DNA of 64,000 nucleotides from Podarcis muralis (GCF_964188315.1 NC_135673.1:24428001-24492000), one strand, 5' to 3'. Shown: positions 11,208-24,290, numbered from the stretch's first letter. The notes: generated from the sequence alone by a model not told the origin. Numbers and translations are program-made.

Positions 11208-14200
11208 TGCCTGTCCTGGGCCCTATGTTGTTCAACATCTTTAAAAACACTTAGATCCATGATCTCCCTGCGTAAAGCCTTCAAGTTCTTTAAGTAAATG
11301 AGATCACACAAATATGTGAGATGCAGAGGGGGCTATTCTTAAGAGAGAATATAAGTGCCAGGGTGTGTTGAAAGCTTGGTTCTGCATTTTGCATTGATGT
11401 TAGATGTGTGGTGGTCAGCAATTAGCCTGGATCAGCTTTTCCAAGTCTTGTCTATCTTTTGGATTTCAGAATGGTGTGTTTGTGTGTGTGTGTGATCTCC
11501 TCCTGCTTTCTGAGAAGTAGAATGATAATTTGATGTGGAACAGAAGATGCTTCAGCACCCGTGATTCTATGAGCAACTGGTGCTTCCTGTTCTCCTTCCA
11601 AGATGACATCTTGACTTGGTTGCTCCATCACAGCCAAACTACTGTTAGGAGCATACACTCCAACCTGATCTGAGGCCCCAGATTGGCCACAACTGACTTG
11701 GGTTGATCCCAGAAACACCTGGTCCAACCTGGATCTTGTCCCAAATCAGTTCAAGGATTGGGCTAATCTGGGGCAGATCTTTAAAGCTTGGGCAGGTTCA
11801 AAATAGACCTGTCACAATCATGGAGAAAGTGAAAGGTGGCATGATCCAATTTTTTGGGGGGGTGGGGTGGGGAGGAATGACAGGTGGGTAAGGAGTGTAG
11901 AACACTCCCCCTGTCTGATCCTTGATGCCCTGCAGCTCCTCTCTGCCAACCAAATGCACTTTTGATATCAAGGTCTAAAATGAGCACTTGGCATCCTTGA
12001 CCAGTTGCCAGGGTTCCAGTAAAATCTGGTGATGCCTGCTCTGGCTCATTTAAAGTTTAGCTCCAATTTTTAATTCCCTATGGTGCCCCAGTGTAGCATT
12101 GCTCCATAAGTTGCAATGGGAATAGATGCTACCATCTTGCACTACTCAGAAAAGTGTTGCTCTCCACTAGCAAGTAAGCTTGCCAGGGTCCACTGATGCA
12201 GAGGAGGGGCCACTGCATGACACTTTCCTCAGGACTCCTTCAAACCTGGAGTCAGTGCTGCTGGTATTGCTCTGGTTAAGCAAACACTACCCACAAAGTG
12301 AGATCAGCCTGTGTGGAGGTGGTGGAGGAATTCTGCACCCCTTTTGTTGTTGCTAAAACCAAGCAGACCCCGCCCTTCCATTGCATCACTTGTTTATGCA
12401 ACTGGGGCAAATCATTGTTTATACAAAAGGATCTGATGCCTTAATGTCCTGAGCCACATAAACAGTGAAGCTTTCGATGTTAATTAATTAATTCAGAATT
12501 AAAACACAGTTCTGCTAAGTGCTCAGTTATCTGAGGAGTTCTGGCATCGGGCAAAAGGAGCTGATAGATGGAATGCTTTGTCTCTATGACACTGAGATGG
12601 TATTAACACTGTTAGTCCCGGCTTAACTTTGCAACAGGCATCTGTAAAATCTGAGTTTGACACAGATAGGCAGGTGCTGGTCAGATTGGTCCCAAGGCAG
12701 AATGCATGGTCATGGATGTTGCAGAGGTTGGGTACCAAATCAAGCAAACATGAATCAAAGGCTGGAGGCATGGTGACAGATCAGCTTGTGGTTAGACACC
12801 AGATTAAGCTGGTAAAGGCAAAAAATTGTTCAGAGTGAGCAGTTGGCTTGGAAAGAAAGGTTTTTTATGGCTTGGCAAATCACCATTGGTTTGTGAGGTC
12901 AGTTGAGCAGGGTTTGGTCATGGTTCAAAACATACAAACCCTTTACACTCTAAAAGCAGGATCCTTTAATTCCTCCAGAGGCACATTTAATGGATTATAA
13001 CCTTCAATCCTGCTCATTTTACCTACTGCATGTAGAATGTTTGTCTCAAGTGCCCTACTCACCCCAAAAAAGATTCAAGATCTGTGGTCAGAAAAGGTTT
13101 CATTGTCGCAAATTTAATTTTAAGAATACTTAAACATACTTGAAAAAGACCAGGGAGAATTTTTCTCTGTGCAGCAGGTAGAGTTTATTAAGATTTGCTT
13201 CTTCTTGCTGGTTGTGGGAAATTGCAGGAAAAGGAATGCCCCCCCCCCCCAACTGCTTTACATTCACAGAGGAAATTCAGAGGTCAGACAATAGAAAGTT
13301 AATAAACCATGAAAATACTCGTTGTCAGCATAAGATGTCAAAACATACCAAGTGAATATTTTTATAGCAACAACTTATACCTGTTTGGGCAAGGCTAGAA
13401 GTGTGGCGGGGGGAGGTTATGAAAATTCATTACCTTGGTTATCAGTAAATGCAAATGATTAGATGTGGCATTGATGAATTCAGTTTACAAAAATCAGTAG
13501 GACTTGCAAGCAAGGGGATTTTCACATGGTGCTGGAAATGGGGTGGGCCTTTGTCGTTATTGTTGTTCTTCGATTTGCATTTTCTTGTCTGCAGTTTGAA
13601 TAGAATGCCAACATACGCAAAAAGGCATGGCCAGATAGAAATTATTTTCCTTCTGTTCCATGTCCACAATATTCATGCCACCACACAAGTAATAAGAAGT
13701 GGGGGAGGGGTTAACTTAGTTAATGGTTCTAACCATATGGCTTTTAAACATTTTGTTTGTTTGTTTTATTTAGAGCGCTTGTACCCCTCTCTTCAGCAAA
13801 AAAAGGCTTCCCGCAGGCTTACAACCTAAAACCCCACAACATACAAGGAAAAGGGGACAGGGAGGGAAGAGGAAAATCAAAACCAAAGCTCAGGCACTAG
13901 TCTTTAAACAGATGCTCCTCTAATGCCCAGTTGGCCCAGTTCAGGGGCAGGAGGTGCCTGGTGGAGCTGGGCTCTTCACAAATGTGGTGGAGTGAGCCTT
14001 CTGCTTCCTGTCTCTCCCGCTGAGGCAGTCTGGGGGAATGAATGCCTCCAGCTGAGGGGGGAGCAGGCCTAGTGGGGCTGGCCTGTCACAGCAGAGCCAG
14101 TGGAGGTGACTCAGCTTCTCACCTCTCCCACTGATAGAGCTAATACTTACTTATTTAATGAAATTTCACCCCATCCCATATCGGGACCTTTTATTCTATA

Positions 14201-14235
14201 AAGAAGATAGTTTTAAGAAATGAGACTTAGGAATA

Positions 14236-14461
14236 CAGTGGTACCTCGGGTTAAGAACTTAATTCGTTCCGGAGGTCCGTTCTTAACCTGAAACTGTTCT
14301 TAACCTGAGGTACCACTTTCGCTAATGGGGCCTTCTGCTGCCACCACACCACCACCGCACAATTTCTGTTCTCATCCTGAAGCAAAGTTCTTAACCCGAA
14401 GTACTATTTCTGGGTTAGCAGAGTCTGTAACCTGAAGCGTCTGTAACCCAAGGTACCACTG
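14236..14461 (+). mobile_element. Tc1/mariner (Tigger-like) MITE, family A, 226 bp
   Basis: TIRs cagtggtacctcgggtta / taacccaaggtaccactg; TA TSD at 14234-14235 and 14462-14463. Confidence 0.92.
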
Positions 14462-15499
14462 TATTGATTCTACTGTATTCCCTTTTTTAAAATACTGAGG
14501 CTCAGACTTTGAGTGGCACATTTCACTGATGCTGCATTTTAAAGTATTTGCTTAAATTATCTACCATCTTTATTTATTTGTTTGTTTGTTTGTTCATTTC
14601 CCTTTTGAAAACTAAACCACAGGGCATTCAATCCAGATTGGGGCTGTGGCGCCTGGAGGACCCATGGGGGACTGACTACATTCTTCTGCCCTCTGATTTT
14701 GCCGAAGTAGCTTCCCCTGCCCCCGCTTCAAAATTTGAGGTGCCAGTGAAATTCTTCAGTGTCAGGTTCAGAAAAGGAAATCAGAGGCTTCTTTTAAAGC
14801 CCACCTCAAAGGAGAGGAAAGCTTTAGAAGTTTCTAAATCCTTCTCCATTTTAGATTAAAATCTGAGCAGGAAGAGAATTGCTGGTTTTCCTTGGACTTT
14901 TTTAAATTTGACAAAGTAAGAAAAAATTAAGAGGATACAGGAGCAGAAGAAGTTGTTGAGAGGAGGGAGCCTAGAGAACAGTGGATTCAACAACACCCCA
15001 GATTTCTTAGCTCAATCTAGCAGTGGAAAACTTCACCTGTATCCCTTTCTCCAGTCTTCATTATATTGTTTCTTGGTGAGCAATTGGGTAGACTCCTGCC
15101 TGCAGGCTTTCAACTCACTCTTTTTTATTTTCCTCCACAAATTTGTATTTTGGTCAAATTAGAGGTGGGAGAGAAGCAGTTCCTAGGGGAATGTTTCTCC
15201 TGATTGCCATAAAGATGAATCTTTTCTGCAACCTCAAGCCTTCTGATCTCAACAACTAATCAGGCTGGATATATCCCAAGATACCTACATCCCAAGAGCA
15301 GGGCCCTTCCCCTGTGGCTTCAGCCCTGAGGATGGGGAGAGAGTAATGAAGGGAGGGAGCTACATGAAAAGGGAATTCAGTTCACATGGGAAGGCGACTC
15401 AGAGGCCACCAGTATTTTAATTTTTCATATTTCAAAACACATAGCTCATTTTTAATCTAATGGAAACAAATTAGCATTGCAAATCACAGCAGTCCCTCA

Positions 15500-16243
15500 C
15501 AGAGGCGTAGGAAGGTCAGGTGGTACCCGGTGCAGAAAATTTCTTGTAAACCCCCCCCCACACACACACACATTGATTTTTTTTTATTTTTTGCCTGCAA
15601 AAATGGTTTTACGTTATTTCATATTTTCTTACAAAGGAATGCGGATTCTGGGCCTCTGATAACAAGTAGGCGACAACGGACAGATACTTAAATCTATATA
15701 TATTTATTCTATTTATATAGATATAAATCTATTTATATTTATTGTTTATTTATTTAATAAAATTAATTTTAAAAAACCTGCAAAGTGGTATACCAAAACA
15801 CCACAGCAGTAAAATCAAGAAAAATTAACAATCCTACTTTAAAACATACAAAAGCTAAAATATTAAGATTAAAATTACTTCAGCTTCCTAAGCATCTAGG
15901 TATGCTTGCCTAAAGAAGCATGCTTTTAGTAGGTGCCCGAAAAGAGTCTAGCATAGGCACGTGCTTTGTTGAAATTTCAGCCTTCATGACATAGGAAAAC
16001 AACCAAGTAAATAGCTATTTTCGTGGAGGAGGGTCAAGATATTAACTGATATGAATGAAATTTCATATGTAGCTATATAATCCCTAGTGTAGTAAGATAA
16101 GACCTTTGGAGCAGGCATTTTTTTAATAAAAAAAATTATGAACCACCCTAGTAGGGAAGTAGTTGTTCCTTGATAATTTGTCACCCCCCTCCATGATGGC
16201 ACCTGGGGCGTACCATCCCCTGCCCCCATTTCCTATGCCCCTG
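15500..16243. mobile_element. hAT-type non-autonomous element, 744 bp, containing an L2 3' fragment (~15730-15975, - strand)
   Basis: TIRs cagaggcgtaggaa / ttcctatgcccctg; 8-bp TSD gtccctca / gtccctta. Confidence 0.65.
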
Positions 16244-16277
16244 GTCCCTTATGCAACAATCCTGTGATAAAGCTGAG

Positions 16278-16476
16278 GCAGGAAGGTAAACGGCATTTCT
16301 GTGTGCTCTGGCACTTGTCATGGTCCTCCATGCACCAGTAGCAATTTAGTAATGCTGGCCACATGACCCAGAAAGCTGTTTGTGGACAAACGCTGGCTCC
16401 CTTGGCTTGAAAAGCAAGATGAGCGCCACACCCCATAGTCACCTTTGACTGGAGTCCAGGGGTCTCTTACCTTTAC
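16278..16476 (+). mobile_element. Sauria SINE, older 5'-truncated copy
   Basis: ggaaggtaaacggc...gctggccacatgacc...gagcgccacaccccatagtc...taccttta: the 3' half, ending in an ACCTTT-type tail. Confidence 0.8.
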
Positions 16477-16962
16477 TGAATCAGACCACCTGCCCTCTGG
16501 CTCAGTATCATTTCCACCAAGGGTGGGGAACCTCTGACCTATGTGTCAATCTTGACCTCCCAGGCTTCCCCATTTGGCTGCAAGGACATTTTGGGCAAGC
16601 CGTGTCCACCCACCATATAACAGATGTCATGGGGATAAGGGCAGGCCTTTGTTGAAAGTGTGGGGCTTGCCCAAAGCCCACTTTGCGCAACTCCCTAAGC
16701 ACCCAACAACCAGCTGCTCAAAATGGGGCATCAGCGTTAATCAGGATGGCTCTCCCAGCACATCATCCAAGGCAAAAGAAGAATGATCTTCCTTAGCACT
16801 GGGCTCAGGTGTGCAGGAGAGCTCTGTAAATTCATGTCCAGTGCTAAGCAGTATTTTGCCCTCCTATTGGCTGAGTTTGGGAGTGCTAGAGTTTGGGAGT
16901 GCTAGAAAGCTCCCTGCAGGAAGATCTCTGATTTTCCCCAATCTTGGCAGGATTGTTCTCAC

Positions 16963-17035
16963 AAAATCATAGATCTGTAGAGTTGGAAGGGACCCTGAAC
17001 ATCATCTAGTTCACCCCCCTGCAATGCAGGAATAT
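16963..17035 (-). mobile_element. CR1-type 3' tail / tRNA-SINE tail fragment
   Basis: tagagttggaagggaccctg...catctagttcacccccctgcaatgcaggaatat; reverse complement of the tail seen at 47875-47987. Confidence 0.75.
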
Positions 17036-17402
17036 CATCTGCTGATATTGGGTGGAGCAGGGATCCTGCTGCGCTCTGGGCTCAGGTTTGCTTCATCATT
17101 AAGCAAGTGGGAGGCGGTGCCACTGCTGCTGTCCACTCACTTAAATGAGAAGCAGAGCAAAGGCCTGCTTGAAATAAGCTCCCTCCAAGGGAAGGAAGAG
17201 GATGCTTCAGAAGGCACTTTGCAAAGCCTCTGAGGGAATTTTGGCAGATGGGTGGCGCCACCCATTTGTGAGTCATGTGATGTCATGATGGCATCATGTG
17301 ATTGACAGGTGGACAGTCACACCACCTAACTGTCACATTTGGCCTGCAAGGCTGATTCTGAGAAGGAGCTGGTCTGTGGAGCCAAAAACAATTCCAGTCC
17401 TT

Positions 17403-17678
17403 GATCTATACTCACTGGCAGAAGCTCTCCAGGGCTTCAGGCATGGGGCATGAGGTCAGGGACTGACCCTGTGAATGCAGAGCTTGTGCTCTGCCACTGA
17501 GCTATGACCCTTCCCCAAATAGGAAGTCCACTGATCCTTCTAGCTCAGCAGCATCTAGAGCAACTGGCAGTAACTTCCATTGCTTTCAGACAGGCAGCCT
17601 GACCTGGACATGGCAGGCATTGAACCTGGAACTTTTTACATGCAAAACAGATGCTCTGTCACTGAGCCACAGCCACCC
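17403..17678 (-). mobile_element. Two adjacent decayed tRNA-derived SINEs (Squam2-like)
   Basis: Two reverse-complement A-box heads (ccactgagctatg at ~17494, tcactgagccaca at ~17659) with the ctggcag...ctctccaggg body. Confidence 0.7.
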
Positions 17679-20074
17679 TTTCCCATTCTCATCCCCATGT
17701 AATCTGAATCCATTATGCACTGGACTGGGCAACAAAAGTGTTCTCATCGTTCCTCCCTCTTTCTCTTTTCCTGCCTTATTTTTGAGGAAGGGGATTGAGA
17801 AACCAGGAGTGGGTATCAGTACTTCAGAAAATCACAGGAACACAGGGCCCTTGAAGGGTTCAGAAAATGATCACATCCAACCTCGCCAGGGTTCTTATTC
17901 ATCAATCCCTCCACAAGTTTAACTCACATAATCTCATACATTTCCAAGGGAGTTCCTCTTAACTCAGTAGAGTTAACTGAGCAGAATTGGACCCCAGAGG
18001 CTCAGTTCTGCTTTCATTAGCATCAGTGCAAATTGGGAGTAACTGGTTAGATTTTAATGGGGTTTCTACTTGCATTCGAGAAAATAGGACCCAATCTAGT
18101 GCAATTAAAGAGTTTAGCCTCTTTGTAGCTGGGCTGATGAAAAGAGCCTGCATTCATCTTGTGGTAGATTTTATGTGCAGCATTAAAAGGAAACTCCAAA
18201 GTGGAGGTGGGGGGAATGGGAAGCCAAATTAACTTCAAAAGTTGTATTGAACAGAGTTATTTGCTAAATGTGTGTGGATTTGCAATTAGAAGCATTTTTG
18301 AAATGGAGTTGTTTGAAATCTAGCAAACAAGAATCCGATAAGAAACAAAACAAAATGACTCCCACTTTTATTTCCCTCCACAAATTTGCATTTTGCTCAA
18401 ATGGGAGGGGCAGCTCCTTAAAGGAATGTTTCATTTCATTGTGCAAAAGCCACTGAGATGAATCTTTTCTGCAGCCTCAAACCTCTGATCTTCTTGCTCA
18501 TATATAACTAATCATAAAAATGATCAAATAGGAAAGTGCAACTGTATGTGTGTTAATGAAAAGCATTTTCTAGGGTGGATTAAAAATTCAATCTACATGA
18601 AGAAGCTAAAGAAGAAACCAGGGCTGGACTCCTATTAATGGTGCTGCAAGCACCCCACTTCTAGCAATTTGGAAATTTAAGTAATATTTATCCAGGTGCC
18701 ATGTAGGGCAATTTCCCCCACTGACAATGCATTAGGACACAGATTAAAGATAAGCAATAGGAGAAGGAACTCTGCTTTAAATTTATTATGTTTATTGTTG
18801 GAATAAAGCAAATGCATTTCCTACTCTTGAGCTTCTAGTTAATGCATGTGTTCCTTTAAACCACACGAGGTCATTGTTTGTATAGCAATCTAGCCAGCAC
18901 TTGTTCATACGTCTCTTTGTCTAAGTTAACTCTACTCCTAAAAGCTGAGCCATTTTGTTTGCTGTTCTCTCCAGACAAGAAGTTTGCTATTTCTCTCATG
19001 TCACCACTCACCCTGTAAATAGTTCCTGCATGAATAAATCCTTTGAACTCCAAAAACTGTAAGTTATTATTCAAATTTAATTCAGCCGAGCTGCAAGGCC
19101 TGTTAACAGCTGTGAGCATAAAATGAGACTGACCCAATAATGATCTCCATTATTAATAATAGGGATGAGGTGGATCTAAGTAGTTAGGAAATACATAGAG
19201 ATTTTAAAAGAAAATACAAATAGTTATTTTGCCTTCCAGTAGATGGTCAAGTCTGACAGGAACCCAACAGGACTGCTACACATTAATGTCTCTTTTCAGT
19301 TTCTGTGCATTTCTTCATAGTACACACATTTTCCTGGTGTCTGAATGCAAAGCAGGAGTTGATTATGTAGCGAACCTAGACACATAAGCATGCCTGAAGG
19401 ATTTGCAGTTTCATGGTAATACATAACGCTTACAAGTAGAGTCACCTTGGTTTCACATTTATCAAGCTTATGCAAGCTCCAACCTTTTACCACCCTGCGA
19501 CAGAAATGTCATCCTCATTTGTCTGAAGGTGACAAACAAATTGCTTGACAGTCTACAGTGGAAATTGTAGAGGCTAGCCAGAAAGAAGCCCAGTGAAAAA
19601 ACAAACAAAACATCTTTGAGCATTGTGCAATGCCAGGTGATAAGACAATTCCAGGTGCACAGAGTTTGTTCAGAGAAAGGAACACTTAAAGGGGGAAAAA
19701 ACTTACAGAGAAATTTCTCCACCCAAAGCTATGAAATCAGGATGCATATTCCAGTCAGCAAGGAGCACTGTCTGCTTCCCAGGGAATAAAATTTGCAAAC
19801 ATATTCCATTTCTCCTTTGGGAATAACCTGCCAATTTATTAACCTCAGTGATTTTAAAAATGTTAATTTTTAAATCATCGTCATTATCCATTCCTTCAGA
19901 GGAGCTCATTTTTTTAACAGTAGCCCTTGGATACAACTGGTGTGTGCGTGCATGTGTGCCAAGCTGACATTATGAACTGAATCAGCTAATAGTGTACTTG
20001 CTAAATTGTGTGTATCATTAGGTTTGAACTGCACATACTGTATTCAGATCACAGCGCTCATGGTCTGAAAATGT

Positions 20075-20236
20075 CATAGGAAGCTGTGCTATACTGAGTC
20101 AGATCAATGGTGCACCTAACTCAGTATTGTCTACACTGACTGGCAGCAGCTCTCCAGGGTCTCAAGCAGGGAGTCTTTCTTGTCCCCACCCAGAGGTGTG
20201 CCTCTGCATACAAGGCAGATGAGCTATAGCCTCTTC
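20075..20236 (-). mobile_element. tRNA-derived SINE (Squam2-like)
   Basis: cataggaagctg...tatactgagtcaga...cagtattgtctacactgactggcagcagctctccaggg: reverse complement of the family body. Confidence 0.8.
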
Positions 20237-21650
20237 TCTGAGCAATTCAGATCCAAGTGTAATTCTGTTAGAGTTCACAACATTGGACTCTGAGTACAAA
20301 AACAGTATCAGGTATTTTATTGATGAAAACACCAAGTCATCATCACTACCTAATATTGTTGCATAGCAAAGACAATTCAGATGATATTGCATGTCCAACA
20401 GTATCCCTAAAACACAGTTGCAGGTATGCTGAGGTAGCTCACAATTCTGATCATTAATGTGACCTCTATGGTTCCTGTTTATTGCAAGCTTTGTGTAGCA
20501 GGAAAAGGAAGTGTGGGAAGTGTCTTTAAGTAGGGTGGGAAACCTCCAGCCCATAGGTATCACCAGGCCTTGAGTCTATTTTGGTTAAGCCACACCCATT
20601 TGCCCTACCCTTGACATGGTATATGATATCAGGTATGGACAGAAAGGTGCCCATTGGGACTGGTAGGGTGAAAGGCAGAGACACCAATAGCAGGTGGTGT
20701 CAGAGCCAATGACAGGCAGAGCCAACTCACTCTAGTTTTGTCCCCATCCTCCTCCTCCTTCCTGCTGAATTATACAAAGGCAACACTAGTAAGGAGGAGG
20801 TGGAGGAGGCTGACAGGCAGTGCTGACACCCCTGAATTGGTTGTTGTCAGAAAGATGGCAGGCAGGTGAGTGGTGGGTCAGTGCCCCATTCACTGTAATG
20901 GTCCAACCTTCATGAGTGTGGGGCAGCTTGGTCTAAAGGGGGCATCATGCATGAGACTATACAAGCTCTGGCAATCAGCAGACCATCAGGGCTTCCATAA
21001 CCTGCATGCAGCTTTGTTCAGGTTGGCTTTGCTAAATGAGTCTCCCGATGTTATTGTGCTTTCAGGTGATCGGCAGGGTAGGTGGCCCCACCTACCTGAC
21101 AAATTGGCCCACATGGGCTGGAGGAGGGAGAATTGATCTGGCTTGCCAGCAGGATTTAATTCCCCACCCCTAGTCTTTAACCTTTCTCCCTGAAGTTATA
21201 CAGGTTGCTTGGATACTAGCAACAAAATGAATTCCCATCAGTTAGCTTGAAAGCACGTTTCTTTTTTGGTTTCCGGTTTAATGTAATTTGCTCAAGACAA
21301 AAAAATAAAATAAAAATCAATGGAAGGGCAGCCTTTCTTTGAGGCAATGGTACCAAGTGCTACACAGAAAACAGTTATAGTAGTATAAATAACAACAAGG
21401 CAGAGCTGTAAGAGGTAAATTTTAAATTTGGATAACTTTTGCTTTATTAGTAATTTCCCCTCTATTCTAAAAGGAGGGATCAATGCAGGCGCCTTGGCCA
21501 TAACTGTAGTAAGAGAGTGCTAACAGCAATTGCTTGTCAGTTGTTTCCTGGTCCAACTCAAGGTGCTCACATTGACGTTGAAAGTCCTAAATAACCTAGA
21601 CCCCAAATATCGGAAAGACCACATCTTTCCCCCAAGACTCTCCCATTTAC

Positions 21651-21795
21651 CTCAGTAATATCCACACTGATTGGCAGTGGCTTTCCAGGGCATCAGGCAG
21701 AAGTTTCTCCCACCCCTACTTGGAGATGCCGGGGACTGAATCTGGGGTCTTCCATGTGTCAAGCAAAGGCTCTACCACTGAGCTATAGACCTTCC
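21651..21795 (-). mobile_element. tRNA-derived SINE (Squam2-like) within a decayed L2 fragment (~21500-22020)
   Basis: ggagatgccggggactgaatctgggg...ctctaccactgagctata (reverse-complement B and A boxes). Confidence 0.75.
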
Positions 21796-22289
21796 TCTTA
21801 TTTATCCTAGTGTGCTGGTGCTTATCTTTGGAGCCCTGCATGCTGCAGTGCCAGGTAACCCAAAGGAATGCCAGCTGCCACATCAGCCTGCCCATTCACT
21901 GAGATCATCATCACAGGCCTACCTCCACATCTGCTCCCCTCCCACCTCTGGTGTGTGGTGACTGCCCTGTGTAGGGAATTCTCTGCTTAATAGGCTGTTT
22001 GATGCCTAACTTTTCTCAATAATATATTCTGATACTGGAGCTCTTGCAAAGTGAGACAGCTAAGCTAGGGATTGGGGAGGGGATTACATTCAGTTTACAT
22101 CTAGGTGAATTTATCTGATTCACACTTTTCTGAAACAATGCATAAAGCACAGCTGTTCTTAAAAATTTGCACTTCTCTGGATTTTGCAGTACAGTTCTGC
22201 AGCTAAGAAATGTGCACAAAAAAGCATTCATTGGGGTAAAGTGTACAGATAAATGTATATATTAGTGAAAATAACTTATACAAATTCAT

Positions 22290-22512
22290 TATACACCTAT
22301 AGGTGCCAGGTGAAAATGGTCCTCTTCAACCAAGCCTATATTCTTTTAAATGTGTTTCTGGGAGGTGTTGGCAGGAAGAGGGTTATTGGTTTGTTTTCTT
22401 CTTGTTTTTATCATGTATCTTGTGTGTTTTATCTTGTATTTTTAAGCTGTGATTTGCCCTGAGATCTATGGATGAAGGGTGGTATACAAATTAAACAAAC
22501 AACAAACAAACA
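22290..22512 (+). mobile_element. L2 LINE 3' end
   Basis: gccaggtgaaaa...tgccctgagatctatggatgaagggtggtatacaaat plus A-rich tail; same tail as at 28560-28625. Confidence 0.75.
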
Positions 22513-23624
22513 ATATAGGATTCCATGGTGCTGAGGGTAAACAGGTTTGCTTTATCTCCCAGTTGGATTGCTTGGTTTTACGCCACCATCCTCAATGCTT
22601 AATTTAGTATCCAGTATAATGATTTACTCTCAGCCTGACTGTTCTGCCCGCATATTTTATTTCAGATTCATTGAACACAGATTTATGTTTTAACCTTCTC
22701 TTTGTGAAGAAGTCTAGCTATCACCTTGTTTGGGAAATAGTAGGATACCTTCTCTTCCTCAAACACTTTCAGTGCCTAGTTTTGCCTTAATTTTCTGCCA
22801 AGATTCATTATCCAGATTAAGTAAAACTGGTCTCATATCTGATTCCTTTTATGGACCCGTATTTCTGAAATAGCTTAGTGAATATTAGACTATTATTTCA
22901 GTAGTACATGCAAAAATTGTTGCTTTTTCAATAGCTCTCACTTGTCCTCATTGTAATGGGTAGGCAAATATTACTGCCTGTGCTGCATTGTCATGGCATC
23001 CTGTCCACTGCCTGATGCAGTGGTCAAGGATGGGGTGGGATCACCTAGGTGAGTATTTCATGAAAGAGGATGAGGTTTCAAGAGGAAAGGCATTAGTTGC
23101 ATTCATATGGCACTTTATCTTGTCTCCATGACTTCTCCCTGCTAAATTCTGAATTATATTTGAGACTGAACCTGCCTGCTGCTGGTGACATTAGCACATG
23201 TGGTTTCATTCACCATCTGGGCAAGACCTTACAAGCATGCAAAGGGAAAGACAAGCATCAAAACCATGCAAAGAACACAACTTCTCCCTGCTCTCCCTCC
23301 CCCACCAATGTCTCTTTAAGATAATTAGGCACATTTATCCTTCCCAGATTCAATGCTCACTCTTTATTTGATATACAATAAATGTTGATGAGTAGAAGGC
23401 TCATTTCTGGCTTACATTTATTGGGAAAAGCAGATACCAGAGCAAATAAATGGTGTGCAAGTAGTGCAATAATGAACACCTTGAGCAGGCATGCATTGGA
23501 ACTTAAGCTTATTTGGGCTTAGGCTATTGCCTAGTTCTCAATTTTTTCCTTCTTCCCTATAATAAAGGGCAGTTTCTCACATTTAAAAACTGTAGTTAGT
23601 CCTGTAATAATTCTTTAATATCTG

Positions 23625-24067
23625 TGTCAGAGGGTGGGGTTGTATTTCAGGGATACAGCACCTCCCTTGCATGCAGAAGACCCCAGGTTTCATCCCTGAC
23701 ATCTGCGTTTGAAACTCAGGAGAGCAACTGCCAACCAGTGCCAACCAAACTGGGCTAGTGGTCCAACTTGGTATGGGGCAGCATCCTATGTGGGACTGTT
23801 CCAGGTGGTGTCTCTTTCCAAGGTTTGGTGGATCATAGCTGGATGTGGGGCTTTTTTTATGGTGACACCCTAGTTGTGGAATAATCTCCCCAGGGACACT
23901 TTGGTGGCACTTACTTGATTGGCTTTTTGTAGCCAAGTGCAGGCAATACTCTAGGGGGTATTGTTTTGCTTTGTTTTCGTTCTTGTTTTTATTGTGTATT
24001 TTGTGTTTTTGTCTTTTATTTTTTATCCTGTGAACTGAGATCTACAAATGAAGGGTATACAAATAAA

Positions 24068-24110
<43 letters not shown>
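23625..24110 (+). mobile_element. tRNA-SINE fused to an L2 3' end with (TGA)n tail (composite, copy A)
   Basis: SINE head and body 23625-23790, followed directly by L2-like gttgtggaataatctcccc...ggcacttacttgattgg and the L2 tail. Confidence 0.65.
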
Positions 24111-24111
<1 letters not shown>

Positions 24112-24163
24112 AATTTGTACCCCACCCATCTGACTGGGTTGCCCCAGCCACTCTGGGTAGCTT

Positions 24164-24212
<49 letters not shown>

Positions 24213-24290
24213 ACACAGGGAGACATCAAGCATTAAAAAATAAATCCCTATAGAGGGCTGCCTTCAGATGTAAGAAGTTAGATAGGCACC
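24111..24290 (-). mobile_element. LINE (L2-like) 3' tail with internal (CAA)n microsatellite (24163-24211)
   Basis: taccccacccatctgactgggttgccccagcc is the reverse complement of the tail family seen at 59575-59680. Confidence 0.65.

Noticed and set aside
11211-11250. ~40-bp CR1 RT-like fragment next to (TTAA)n
   Set aside because: Too short to annotate reliably.
11550-11570. RE1/NRSE-like half site ttcagcacc
   Set aside because: The right half (ggacag) is absent; a half site alone is expected by chance.
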